Positions 23,180 through 35,800 of a stretch of 64,000 nucleotides of DNA are shown here, in pieces. The notes beneath the pieces were generated by a model. It worked only from the letters and a program-made list of their open reading frames with translations, was not told the DNA's origin and made no database searches. Origin of the DNA: Phallusia mammillata (Eukaryota); the NCBI GenBank assembly GCA_965637545.1, contig OZ281500.1, forward strand, positions 10,850,001-10,914,000, given 5' to 3'. Position numbers and translations under genes: made by a program. Numbering within the stretch: position 1 is the first letter of the stretch; each line of letters opens with the position of its first letter.

Positions 23180-26100
23180 CAGTACGACTTGAGTAAGTTC
23201 TTAAACAAAAAGTGAGAATTGACTGAAAACATAAGGGTTTAATGCACAAAACGGGTTGATGTGTCGGTAAGTCTAAATGCATTTTTTTATTTATTTTTTA
23301 TTGTAAGGTTGCGGGCGAACATGGTAAAGTGTAATTCACAGTAATCTTCATCGTCGTGGATTAATTCTAGACAGTTCGGTTGAATTATCTGTTAACACAA
23401 GCTGCGAGACAAAGAAACCTGAACCTCAGTTTGTTTTGTAAACTTTACGTCCCATCGCCGTAATCCACAAAACTTGTTGACGATTTTGAGCATGTCGATG
23501 GAAAGAAATGAATTTGTAACTTCACCAATCGTCGACTTCCTCTACACATAAACAACTCAATGGAGTAAACGCTCTCTCGTAAACAAGTTGTAACACCTGG
23601 CTCTAGTATTGTCCTTGAGGCTTTATGCAAATGAATTCAAAGTAAAGGATTTAAGAACTCGTCTAAAAATGATTTTTGGATTTTTTAACAGATACAAATA
23701 CGTTTTATTAGACTTAATATTTACCTCTTTCTCCTTTGTTAATTCGTGGACGTTTGGACAAGAACAAAAAAATATTTTTTTTGACGAAAATTCGTTTGGT
23801 TAAAGCCAATTCGCCATGCATTTAGTAAATTTTGTATCAATAGGCAGTTCTAGCAGTGATCAGCAAAAAGTCAAAACAGTCTGAAACAACAGACTCGACA
23901 TTGCGGAGACAAGCTAATGCGCACGTCATGTAAAACGAGCATGCAGTTAAAATGCATTTGCCATCCTTCCATCTATACTTGTCCCCCAACCGCAACGAGC
24001 CACATTTCGCATTTGAAACGTCCCAATTTCTGCACGAGCAAAATCAACGGCACCCGCAAGCCACTAACTGCTTCGTCTGAGCCACGTTCCATCACTCATA
24101 CCTTCGTTAAGTGCTGTCACTTACCGACCTAATATGATTACAGATTTCAGCACTCAAAGTACGCTGTTTTTTCTGTTTCAGGCTTCTATATTTGACACGC
24201 ACACACTTTTCTTTCATTGTCAAGTTTCCACCGATGACGTAACCATTCCATGGTCATGTGACACGTCACGCATCGTGTATTTCCTCAGTTTACGCCACGG
24301 AGATTGCAGAGCCAATATTTCAGGTTTTGTAACAAGCAATTCCCATGTGTTTGCATTTAGATTTACACCATACATAAGTCAAGTTGATTTTACGTTTATG
24401 TTTAAAATTTCCAATTATGACCGAATATTAATCAAGCTTACATGTTGCCCACGCATGCCAGTCTGGCGTCCAATTCTAAAACTGTGACGTCAAACTACGG
24501 TCGACTGTGCGATATTTTGTGTTTATCAGTATTATGTTATGTGTGTTTCCATTATTTTCACATGTTTTCAGTGTTTGCGATATGCTTGTTTCGTGCCTAT
24601 TTTTAGTTTCAGAAACCTATTACTGTTGGTAGAGGCGGTCTAATATTTCGCTGAAAGCAATATTTGGCCCCACGAAAATGTTTTTTTTGTTTAATTCCTA
24701 CAAAACAAGACAAAAATAAAAACCGCAAAAAAATCTCAAAACAAAAATAGTGTGAGACATTTTCAAGCCAGGACAACATTTCAAAACCCTGCCGTACATG
24801 TATATTATGGATGGCTTTAAACAATTATGTGCTAAAGTATCGACAAAGCGGCGGTTAAATGGCATGGCTTACGAAAACTTTAGTCTTCTTTCAGGCCACT
24901 GGAACGCACCCTAAACACTGCATGGTAATTCGGTCCAGGCGCCGTGAGTCTGCGCCTTAATAACAGCGATTGTCCTTGTGACTCACACCCAATTTACGGC
25001 ATTATTCTAAGGCTCTAGTCGTTTTGTAATAAGCCTACTGCATAATCCTCAATGTTGTACTCTGTAATTTTTGTACCAATATGAGACCAGAAAGTATTGC
25101 AAATGCATTTTATTTCAATTCTCCTTCCATAACTTTGAGAACGTTTGACAAGGACATCCGCAATAATGCTTTTTGTTGAAACATCTTCATGCATTGTCCA
25201 TCTAAAAATGTCGTGCTGGGGGCATATTATTGATTTATCTTTTCTCTTTACCAAACAACTAAAGTACCAATATTAAATACAAAAGGTAAAAAAGTATTTG
25301 TCCCTGTTTTAAATCTAAATATCATCCAAGACTGCGATTTTCAATACATTTTCAATCTCCAACCACCCAAGTAGGACAACCGTCCATTGTTAACTTCGAT
25401 CGTATTATTTCTATTGATCACAGACTCGAACTGGAAAATGCAAATTTTAACAAATGTCTGCAAACGAAGGCTTGTTTTACGAGATCTTTCCGGTTTAATT
25501 CAATTTTTAAAACGAGTTACCTCCACAAAGCTTGCTTGCTGCCTACATTCCATAAAAAGGTGTTTTCCCTACCTAAATCTATGATGTTTTAATCCCAAAT
25601 TTTCTGTAACTGCACTAAATCTTTATAGCAACTCAATAGCTCTGGCGTTACATGAATAATTTACGATACGTGGCTTTATTCTGTCGGGGCACAGTTATTT
25701 CATGTCAACGAATTTTGTTATTTCATGTCAACGAAGTTAAACTGCCGTTTTTTTGTTGCACAGCAAATCGCATTTTTTCTACTGTGTGGTCAAACGCTTC
25801 ACGTTAGCTCCTTGTTTAACAAACCTACAACACTTAGGTCCATATTTAAGCATATTGACCCAGTTTTCGATATTAAACAATGTGTGATTGAATGAAGCAT
25901 ACATATTTCAAGCCATGTGTGTCAGTACTACTAACGTTCTTTACTTTTTTTCACATGTTGAATTCGTACTTTGTGTTCTTTTTTTATTTTCATGCATCGT
26001 GTGCCGTTAAATTCAAAATGAAACTGTTATTCTGTGCAAATTGAAAACAAGTCTGTTCAATGAGTACGTGCATCCATAGAAGTATTTGTCAGTTTGGGGG

Positions 26101-29100
26101 ATAATTCCTTGTTATTGTTTTCGAGATACGACCATTGCGTGCTAAAATACGTCACATGATTGATCTGTGGCTCTTTTGGAGATTTTCTATTAACTTGACT
26201 CGACCATGGCCCAAGTCGCCACTCGACTATACTTAACGTATAGACTGAAAACTCGAGCCTAAGTTTATCATGACATGCTTTTTATATATAAGTTGTACTA
26301 CTCCTAGGAAATAGTGTAACTCATGCCGACGGGTGTTATTGTACCGGGTAATACAATTAACAGTTCTTGCTTCTTTACTGCGGGTAAGGATTCTTGTTTA
26401 CGCTGCAATGTCAGTTGTGGTTGTTGTAATGTGTAACTAAATTGTAATCACGTTGATACATACGAAGTGTAGAGAGATATTGGTTTCTTGACTTCATGTT
26501 AAGTGGCCAACAACACAACTTATTCAAAACCGCAATTTTAAACCTCGCGTCAATCGAAGCCCTTTTGAGAGTCTGACTGGACGGTAATTCCCTGTTAAAA
26601 TGTAGCAATAACTTAATTACCATAATACGATGATCTCAACACAGCTATATATTTTCAAAAAATGACGTTTTTATTGTTGCATTTCCTATGGTTGCCAAGG
26701 CGCTTGCAATTTTCCTTGATTGTCGACCGATGTGACCACACCCTGGAACAAAGTGGATTGCGAACAAGCCCTAAATGCAAAGTACAATCCTCAGGGATTT
26801 TTCTCAGGTAGTCTTTCCTTAGCACAAAATAATTGGATTTGAATCCTGCAACTACATTTCTGCAACCAATTAATTGCACTCTGGGACAGCTGAAAAGTTA
26901 GCTAAGGCTCGATCGATGTTTGCGTGCACAGAAATAAGAAAGCGGTTCTTTGGCACGTTCGTGTGGGAAACCATTGTTTGAAGCTGACAATTAAAGTGGT
27001 GTGCAGGTTACGATATGATTGAAACGCTGAGCACGTACTGTTTGTGCCATTCTGTGTCGCATAAAAAACAAATTACTGCGATTGGAATGATTCATGTGCA
27101 TAAAAAACAAAGGACTTGAGTTTTAAGCGACGTAAACAGTAATATACCTTTTCTCAAGAGGACATTGGCACATAATTGAGAAAACTTTTACACGCACAAA
27201 TTGTACAAAAACCTTTGTGTTTGTGACTTTCCGTAAATAAGTTTATCCCTTCAATACTTCCATACGAAGGTATTACAGGAAAAACTTTTTTGTTTCCTGC
27301 ATTTATGCGTTACCTGTGTTGTGTACCTACAGTTTCCCTAAATATTGTCTACCCTTTTTGCTTTGTCTAACAGACACTAAGGAACTATATCGAGAGAAAA
27401 TACTATACCACAGATATTTTCTCTTTTACAACGCATTGATTAACGCCCTTTTGTCTGCACAAAATGTACTAGGTTACACAGGAGAAGGAAAATTCATCAG
27501 TTGCACACCTGTCCTTCCACGACCTAATGTTGGGTTAACCACGAAGGCGCTTTCCCTGGTGTCTCATTTATAGTTGCCTCAGCGTATTATCAAACTCATA
27601 TTGCAGGTTATCAAGAAGGAAGTTGGTCAGATCAGACCTAAGCCGTCCCCACTGGAATTCCACAAGCACAACAGTCGTCTTGCCGTGTTGATAAAATAAT
27701 CACGCTCAGTCATCAATCGTTATTTGTGCACCAGGGTGGTGGACTTCCGTGGACAGACAAGCGTCTATCTGTCCTTACTGGGTACATTTCGCAGTCATGT
27801 CCTATAACTTTTGTCGTGTTTAGAAGTTGTGTGTTGGTTTGGAAATGCCCACATTTTCTTATGGTCCCAACACAAATAGTTTAGTCACGTACGATATTTC
27901 ATCGCATCCTGGCCATTTTGCTCAGGGTTGAGATAAGGTTTTTAAATCCGCACGCATATGATTAAAACATGCCGATGGACACCTTTCAATCTCGAGACGC
28001 GACCTCTTCATTCAGTTTAACATTCTGTACGGATCTATGTATTCGCAAACAACGTCTTGGTGGCATTTTTTCTGTTTTGCCCTAAAGAGTATTTAATAAA
28101 AGATATTAGGCATAGCAATAAACATTCAAAATTTTGTTATTTTTTAATCTTTGGGACTCCCGAGGCAAATCCTGCGCTAGATAATTGTTTTAGGTTTATG
28201 TTTAAAACACTTATTACACATAACCTATGTTTGCAAAAAAGTGTTTTCGTGGCGCTAACTTGACTCGATTCAAACAAATCTTGTCAAACCAAAACATGAA
28301 CTAACCCAATTACTGCCAACCAGACCTGCTTAGTTTCCAATGAATAACTGGAATTCATTCAGGCAGTTGATGAGTATCAGAACAGATCAGTTTCTAATTA
28401 TCAATCTTATAAACAGGTAACCTATCAGAAAAGTAGTGAACATATCACGTACATCTCAATCGACATGATATTTGTATAGTCATGACTTAACGTCGTAATA
28501 AGTCGCCATTTGTACAGCCGTGTATCTTTTACTTGTTACAATCCCTTCTTAAATTTAATTTACGATATTCTCCCTTTCTTGCGCCAGATAAACAACTCAG
28601 AACTGGATAGATACATACAAAACATAGTGAGGTATTTTGTTTGGCCTATAGCAAAGAGCACATGAAAACCAATTCTCATTCTAAAATACCTGCTATGTCT
28701 AAGATGTGATAATCCGAAAACGACTGCATTGTGGTAGATTTTATTCTGATCAATTGTTGTTGGTTTACAGTGGCCTGTCAGGAAAGGCGCGTACTGCCAA
28801 CAGAATACGTTATGTCTTCAAATATGTGACTGGTGATTGTTTGAAGGCATTCTTTTTTAATATGCCTTGACTTGCAAATGTAATTTTTTAGAAAGGTTTT
28901 CACGTTTCCTTTATGTTACCGTTTACTAATTATGTTTTTGAATGTAGCCCAATCCCTTGCCCTAATTACCACATCATTCCAGAGCAACTTAAGTGTGCTT
29001 TAGGGCCATAAAAGGGGATTAAAGGCAATTTTAAAAATGCGGTAAAATGGGGGAAAGACTGGAATGTAGTTGAGGTTATGCCGGATATCGCAGACAACGA

Positions 29101-29894
29101 ACAACTCCCTCACGCACTCGACGTTCAGTGTCCGGACCAAAATAAACTTTTACAATTCAAAACATGAACGTGAATTGACGTCGAGAAAAGCTACTTGTCT
29201 GTAGATTGTAACATTTCTATTGTAACTATGATTGCTGTTAAAAGTAGATCAATATAAAGGAGAATTTCAATTTTTGAAAAGCTATAAAAATGGCAAGAAA
29301 GCGATTTCTAAAAATGCAGTGCAATAGTCAGAGAACTTGACCTCTGATACAGCGAACGCTTCTGGTCACTTCAGGCCGAAATGCAACTGTGACATTTTCT
29401 CTTTGCACTTGCCTTCGCCGATCTTGTTTTAACGCGTAAACTACCAGGTAAGCTTCGATTCGCGGCGCTCTATCAGCGAGAGAAATCTCTTTCACAGGGG
29501 AAAAAGGCAGGTTGTCTGATTATTTCTTGTCGACGCGCTGGTTGTGGGCTCATATAAGCCTTATGTGCTTGCATTCGGTGCGTCGTTCTGTTTATCTTTA
29601 AAGTTAAACTCAAAATATCAATGCAAGTTCCCAGTGCAGGGTAGAAATGTCAGTGCATAAGTTATGAAGAAAACAATTTTACCTATAGTTTTGCAGTGTC
29701 GTTGTTGGTATCTAACTTACTATACTTTTGTTTGTGATTGCAGTGTAGAAACATTTACCGCTTGAAAACTCTGCGCGGTTTTACTTACGTAACAGCACTT
29801 GCTTGCAAGGCTTTACTGGAGTTTAAGGCAGGAATAGCTGACGAGCAGACAAAGAGCACAGCAAATCTCAAGATCGTCAGGAGTATAAGGCATC

Positions 29895-32800
29895 ATGAAC
29901 AACGCCCGTGGTCGCGCTATCTTGATGAGTTCGGCGTTGGCGAGCCTTCCCAGGCCCCACGTTATCCGGCGTAGCCAATCAGCAACAGCCGGAGCCGCTC
30001 CCCGTTCGGTACGGGTTGTGGTTCTCGGAGTTGGTGGTGTTGGGAAAACAGGTTGGTTAAAAATTTGACAAAAAATTCAAAAATAAATCGTATGTTAAGA
30101 TTGTGTTTTTGCAATGTCGAGTTTGTGAAAAAGAAGTTTTGTATCTTCGATGATAACATGTCTACATCATAACTCTGCTGGTTTGGAACGTCGTTTTTGT
30201 AACTTGACGTACGAGGAATCGTAAAAGTTCGAGTCGCGCCTTGATTGATTAATCCGCGACCCGTTAGAAGCTCAAGGCGGCCAGCAGGAGGCACTTTCTT
30301 GGCACGGCGTTTTAAATCACTGTGACCTTGGCCGATAAAGCGGCGATTTGAAATATTTTGCTTTCAAATAAAGTCTTTGGTCTGTTCTGCTTTGGCCCCT
30401 TGTGCGTGCATGAAGTTTGTATTACAAGTGGGAAGCACGGAATTGAAGTTCATTTTTCAACATTACGTGCAATTTGCTGGCAATTTACATGAATTTGGGG
30501 TTTTCAATAGTTGTCGTTAGCATCAACTTTGTCGCAATTCACTAACATTTACTCAAAACTAGGAATAAACAAACTACGTTAAGTTGATTTTGAATACTGC
30601 CACGAGTTGGAAAGTTGAATTCCGTGTCAAATTCGCGAAAGTTTGGCCAAAACGGCGTCGGTAAAGTATCATTTCGGCGAGACCTCACAAAACAAGATAG
30701 CACGCTTACGCCACTCAGAACTAGTCGACAGTTCCAGCAAGCGAAGATCGGCGGCAGCTCAAAACGAATTTTCGGGCACTTAACTTAATTGCGACACTGG
30801 TTAGCCTGAACTTGCCGAGATAAGAGCGAGCTTGTCCACCACCCACTTGTGAACGTTTGAGACTTTCTAGAACTGGTGCGTGGAAACCTTTGGGCCTTGC
30901 TTTCAGGGCAAAACTATTTGTAATTGCTTTAGAACACACATTGTTTACGCATCAAGGACGTTTCATGTTGAACTGATGTACGTTTCAATTGATTGTAATT
31001 ACCCGTTGCAAAACACTTTTTGAAAAGTAAAGCCAATATATATATATATCACAGTCACAAGAGTTTTTCCCCCAAAATAATCCGAAAATCCTAAGCCGAT
31101 ATTTTAGCAAAATATCTGTAAAAAGATGTTTTGATGCGGATGCAGGTCGATAAATATTTGCATTTGCGATGGTTACAGTCTTCGAGAAGTCACACTGTCT
31201 CTGTCAATGTAACGCAGACCACACGGCCTCATTGAAAGCTCGCTTGTTTTGACTGTCGCTGAACGCTTTGTTGCCAATACAATCAAGCGCCAGCCGTTCA
31301 TTACATGGACGAATACAACGACCATCGCTAGTCAATTTGCTGGTTGGTGCGCAAAAGCAGAACGCACAAAACGACATTTGGCCTCTTTCACCTTAGCCAT
31401 GTTATGGATGTTGATGATTTGCTTGATTTGTATTGGGCACACTCTAACTGATGGGTTGTGAGTATGCTGACCGACGTAGCCGTTACAAAGTGACATTTTG
31501 TTCTTCGCTCCAAGTCAGTTTGACGCAAAAGGGGCACGTGAAAAGTGTTTGGTTGCGGGGTGTAAGGAGCCCAATTGCACCAGTCCTTTGTTCGATAGTT
31601 AAAACCGGTTTTGCTGGTGCTTTGTGTGGTGTTTAACCGTGTATACTCATGTTCACGTTGTAAACATTTTAGACTTGACGTCAATATTACCCACACTTAA
31701 ACAGATAGTTGTAAAATTAAAAAAAGCTAGTTGTAAAATTAAAAAAAAACTTTAAATGTAAATAGCGACTCCAGATGGACGTGCGCTTACGATGACGACT
31801 GATTAAACCTCAGTGGGCTACAAAGTCTAAAAGTGCCCTTGGCTCCCTATTGTTCTTTACATAGATTTTTCGGCAGCAATAGAGAATATGCTTGCTTTAA
31901 AAGGCCCCCTAAAAATGCTTTGTCTGACGTTCGGAAAAAAACACCATCAATCGATGTTTTCCTGAAGGTAAATCAGACTGTGTTTCGATTTAAGACCCAG
32001 ATCGAATTGCCCAGATGACTTAACCGCAAAAGGTCAACTGGAAAGCGTTTAGTAGCCTCTTACTAGGATTTGCTTTTAAATCCGCCGTTTTGTACGATGA
32101 CGATTCGAACATGGCGGGAGAAAGACATTTGAACATTGCCACACCTTTGATGCGCACTCTAACTTCTGTCCGTTGGAGCTCTGTTTCGCTTGTAGAACGC
32201 TTCTAAAACCACACGGTAATTCGCGGAGGCAACGACTAATCGGCGCCAGAATCGTGGTACGTCTTATTCTTTACATACCTGGGCTGTTTACCCTCGAAAA
32301 GATACAATAATCTTGCAGCATGCGAAAAGTCTTGCTCTATTTCCACCGAAAACGGACGCCTTTACTAACTGACACAAATTAATTACTGACATAACAAGCT
32401 TATGTATCTTTTCGAATGTAAAATTATTGAATGATTTTTTACGTGCAAATGTGCCTTAAAGTCTTTTTATAGGCAAGCAGATATAGGAAAGGTACTAGTT
32501 CCATTTGTATATTACTGGAATGTGACGCAATTTATATTGCTTCGTCAAGTTGTGCAATAGCCGTATAATTGCGTATTCGATCGGTGTTCGTGGCGTAATT
32601 TTCGCTGAGCAACAGTTAATTATAAGTTATAGGGCCACAGGAATGCTATCTAACAAGGCAGATTGGCTGCGAAGCGGGCATTGCACCTGTGGCCGATTTG
32701 CAGAATTTCACGCCTTCATATATATAAATTTGGCCACGCTGCACCTATAAACAACACGTGGTTTCATTAAATTGTGACAAGCAAGACGCAAATATTTTGC

Positions 32801-35800
32801 CAAAAACTTCAAACCACGCAAAAACTACAGACTATTTATTTTGGGCGAAAACAAAATGGTGTTGTTGGATGTCTTTTTGTGTAAACGCTAAAACACACGT
32901 GTATGAATGTGGTTGATATCAAATAAAACTAGATTTAACCCTGAAATACGGACATGGAAGCACACTGTTGGTTGCGTTAGATACAACAAAATCGACGTCT
33001 TTCCTATGCAAAGTACCACAATAACAAGACATCCAAGCTAATTTTACTTTTTGAAACGTTGTGACACCATACCAGCAACTTGACCGCGCCACCGTAATCC
33101 CGTTGCTTCTCATGCAAACACGTCTTAAGCAGACAAACTTGAAATATCTGCTGACATCAACAATCGACTTTACTTCGAAACTGCTGCGACACTGACTGCA
33201 GTGACACTGGTGACGTCATGCGATAAACGTCACTTAGGTGTCGTGATTAATTGTGGGCGATTGAGGCGTGGAATGTTTGCTTACTTAGCAATACCGGCAG
33301 CCGTTAACCTTCAACGAAGGATTTAAATACCGATAATGGATTACGGCGGCTCGTACATGTGTTGCCTGACAGATTGAAAATAACTGCTGGGTCCGTTGAC
33401 CACAAGATAATTACGTCTTGGCCGTAAATTAGGTAACTTATAGTAACTATACACTATAATATAGTGCCTCAGAAAATCGTCTTTGGGAAACACAGAAATA
33501 TATAGGCAGTAGCTTAAGTTCCTCAACAATGCGGTTAAGTGAGGGGATTCTTGCAATTCAATCCTGACTGGTGTGGGAGAATTGGAGAAAAAACACCAAC
33601 TTAACAATTCTGCATCCGGTGTCACCCTAATCGCTTTGTTTGCATCGAAGGAAGTAGGATATTTTACTCACAAAGTAGTGAGCTGAGCGTTTGTTAAGTT
33701 CACATCGTCCCAATTTTAGACCTGTGCACTTATTTGTGCTTGTGACGTCAAATTAACCCCAAAACGAACATTTTGCGACAAGTTTTGTCGGGGACTCATC
33801 GAACCTACGTATAAAAACAATGCAGACATTCGAAAATTGACCTGGCATTTCCTTTGTGGCTTAGTTGAGCGGACGATCTGCCCCTTGGTTGGTGTAATCT
33901 TTCAGTGCCAAGCCCTAGGCTGTGTGTTGGGAAAGTACGAATTTCCTGTTTAGAATTATGCTCACTCGACGATGCAAATCGCGTCATACCTGACTCAGAG
34001 TGAATGAGCAGCCCCAGACGCATAAAACCTTAAATCGTTGTAGATAATATAAACGTAAACTCCCGATACGTCAGTTCATTTTATCGCTTACCGCGAAAGG
34101 CCGCGTTGCAAATGCGGTCACGTGCGTAAAGTGCAAAACCGTAACAAAATCCTGTGTCGGTTACGTCACAGACCAGTTTTCACCAGACCGTCCAACCGCT
34201 GGGGGGTTAACACACAGCGGCGTAGTTGATCCTTTCTTTACATCCATCAATCACATACAATCGGTTTGGGGTGAATAATTGTCCTTGCCTGGATGTATTA
34301 ACACAAAACACACAAGGCGTTGTGCTATCAAAACATCTCAGTGATATTCGTTTGCAGGTTATAAAAGAAACTGATTGTCAATATTTTAACGAGTCATTCT
34401 GTCCTGTCGGTTCGACTGCCCAGTGGTGGGTGCAACTTCCTATACTTGGCGTGGTCACGGCCGATGCTCCTGTTACGCTACTCGTGGCGTCCTAAGCGGG
34501 TTTAACTTAGTAACGTTGAGTGGGTGGAGCGTGATTGACAGCTAATATTAGACCAAATGAAAAAACTGCGATTTCACAACAAGAGTTCAGCGGATAAATG
34601 GCCCAATAATGTTTTCAAACTCAAATCATTTACCGCTCAATTCAGGCACCTTTTGTCCGTTAGTACTTTGTTAACAACGGGCATGAGAAACAGTAGTAAC
34701 TGATTTATTGTCTCAAAAGCGCATCAATATTGACAGATATGAGTTCATTTGATAACGCTCAGTCAATTCGAATTCCTCGCGTTGGTATTTCTTCGGTTTG
34801 AAAGAAAAACTGCGCGAGGCGTGACTTTGTTGCTTTTCAGAACCTCTCCCGTCTCTAGACTCATCGAGCAGTAAATATTCTACTACCTTAATCAAACATA
34901 ACCTCGTCTACCGTAACAAAGTATCCCATTTAAAACGCATGATTATTTCTGGACATCGGCGTTACTGTAAATAGTGGCACCCGATTTGCGCATCGGGGCA
35001 CGGGTTAATCATCCTTCACAGGCGTCGGGATGGGTAGATTGTCGGAAACCTGGAAGCATTCATTCTGCGAAATCCTGTTTGTATTGGCCTAAGGAGCTTT
35101 GTACATACAATCCTTATATCTCGGTTTTGTTTGACTTTGAGATTGTTTTCTGGCTAAGGGTCTTGCGCCGTTGCGCATAAAGATGTTTGTGACTATAAGT
35201 TTGCTTTCTTTAGTTAGGAGGGCGAGTTTTAAATTTCGTATGTAGTCACTTTGATGTGGAGGTGTGCGTGGCTCACTTTCAAAATTTCACGCTTGTTGCT
35301 CATCGTGTCCAAGTTAGGAGGCCATTAGGGGCAGTGTGGGCAGCTGGGTCTTTTTTCCAGGGCAGGCGCTGTGCCTTCGTTGACGTTTATCCGAAAGGAA
35401 ACTGATACCTTAGAAGATTAGCGGCATACGGTGCCTGTGCTGTTTACTCAAATCTCGGGCGCAACTTTAGCTAACAATGCAGTTCCTTCACTCCTGGGAG
35501 TCCTACAGTTTTCGAAAACGTCAACGCCGAACTTGCTCGCCTGTGGCAACAGGATTTCGCCAGCCGTCTATAAATGTCATCTTAATCCACTCGTGGTGTT
35601 TGTTCGCCCAAACTCAGTAAAAACTGCGGTTTGGACACGCGACCAACGGACCATCGTCCTCCGTTTCTCCACCACTCGCCATGTTGTTTTTGTCATCGGG
35701 GCTCGTGCGTCACCCACTATGTACTACATCAACTCGCCTAATTGATTATTACGACGAGTTACTCTAAGTTGTGAAGGTCACCGTTCTTGATGCCAAGGAG

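Noticed and set aside
31572-31623. miR-92-like seed (ATTGCAC) with a partial hairpin
   Set aside because: Only about 7 contiguous base pairs; not pre-miRNA-like.
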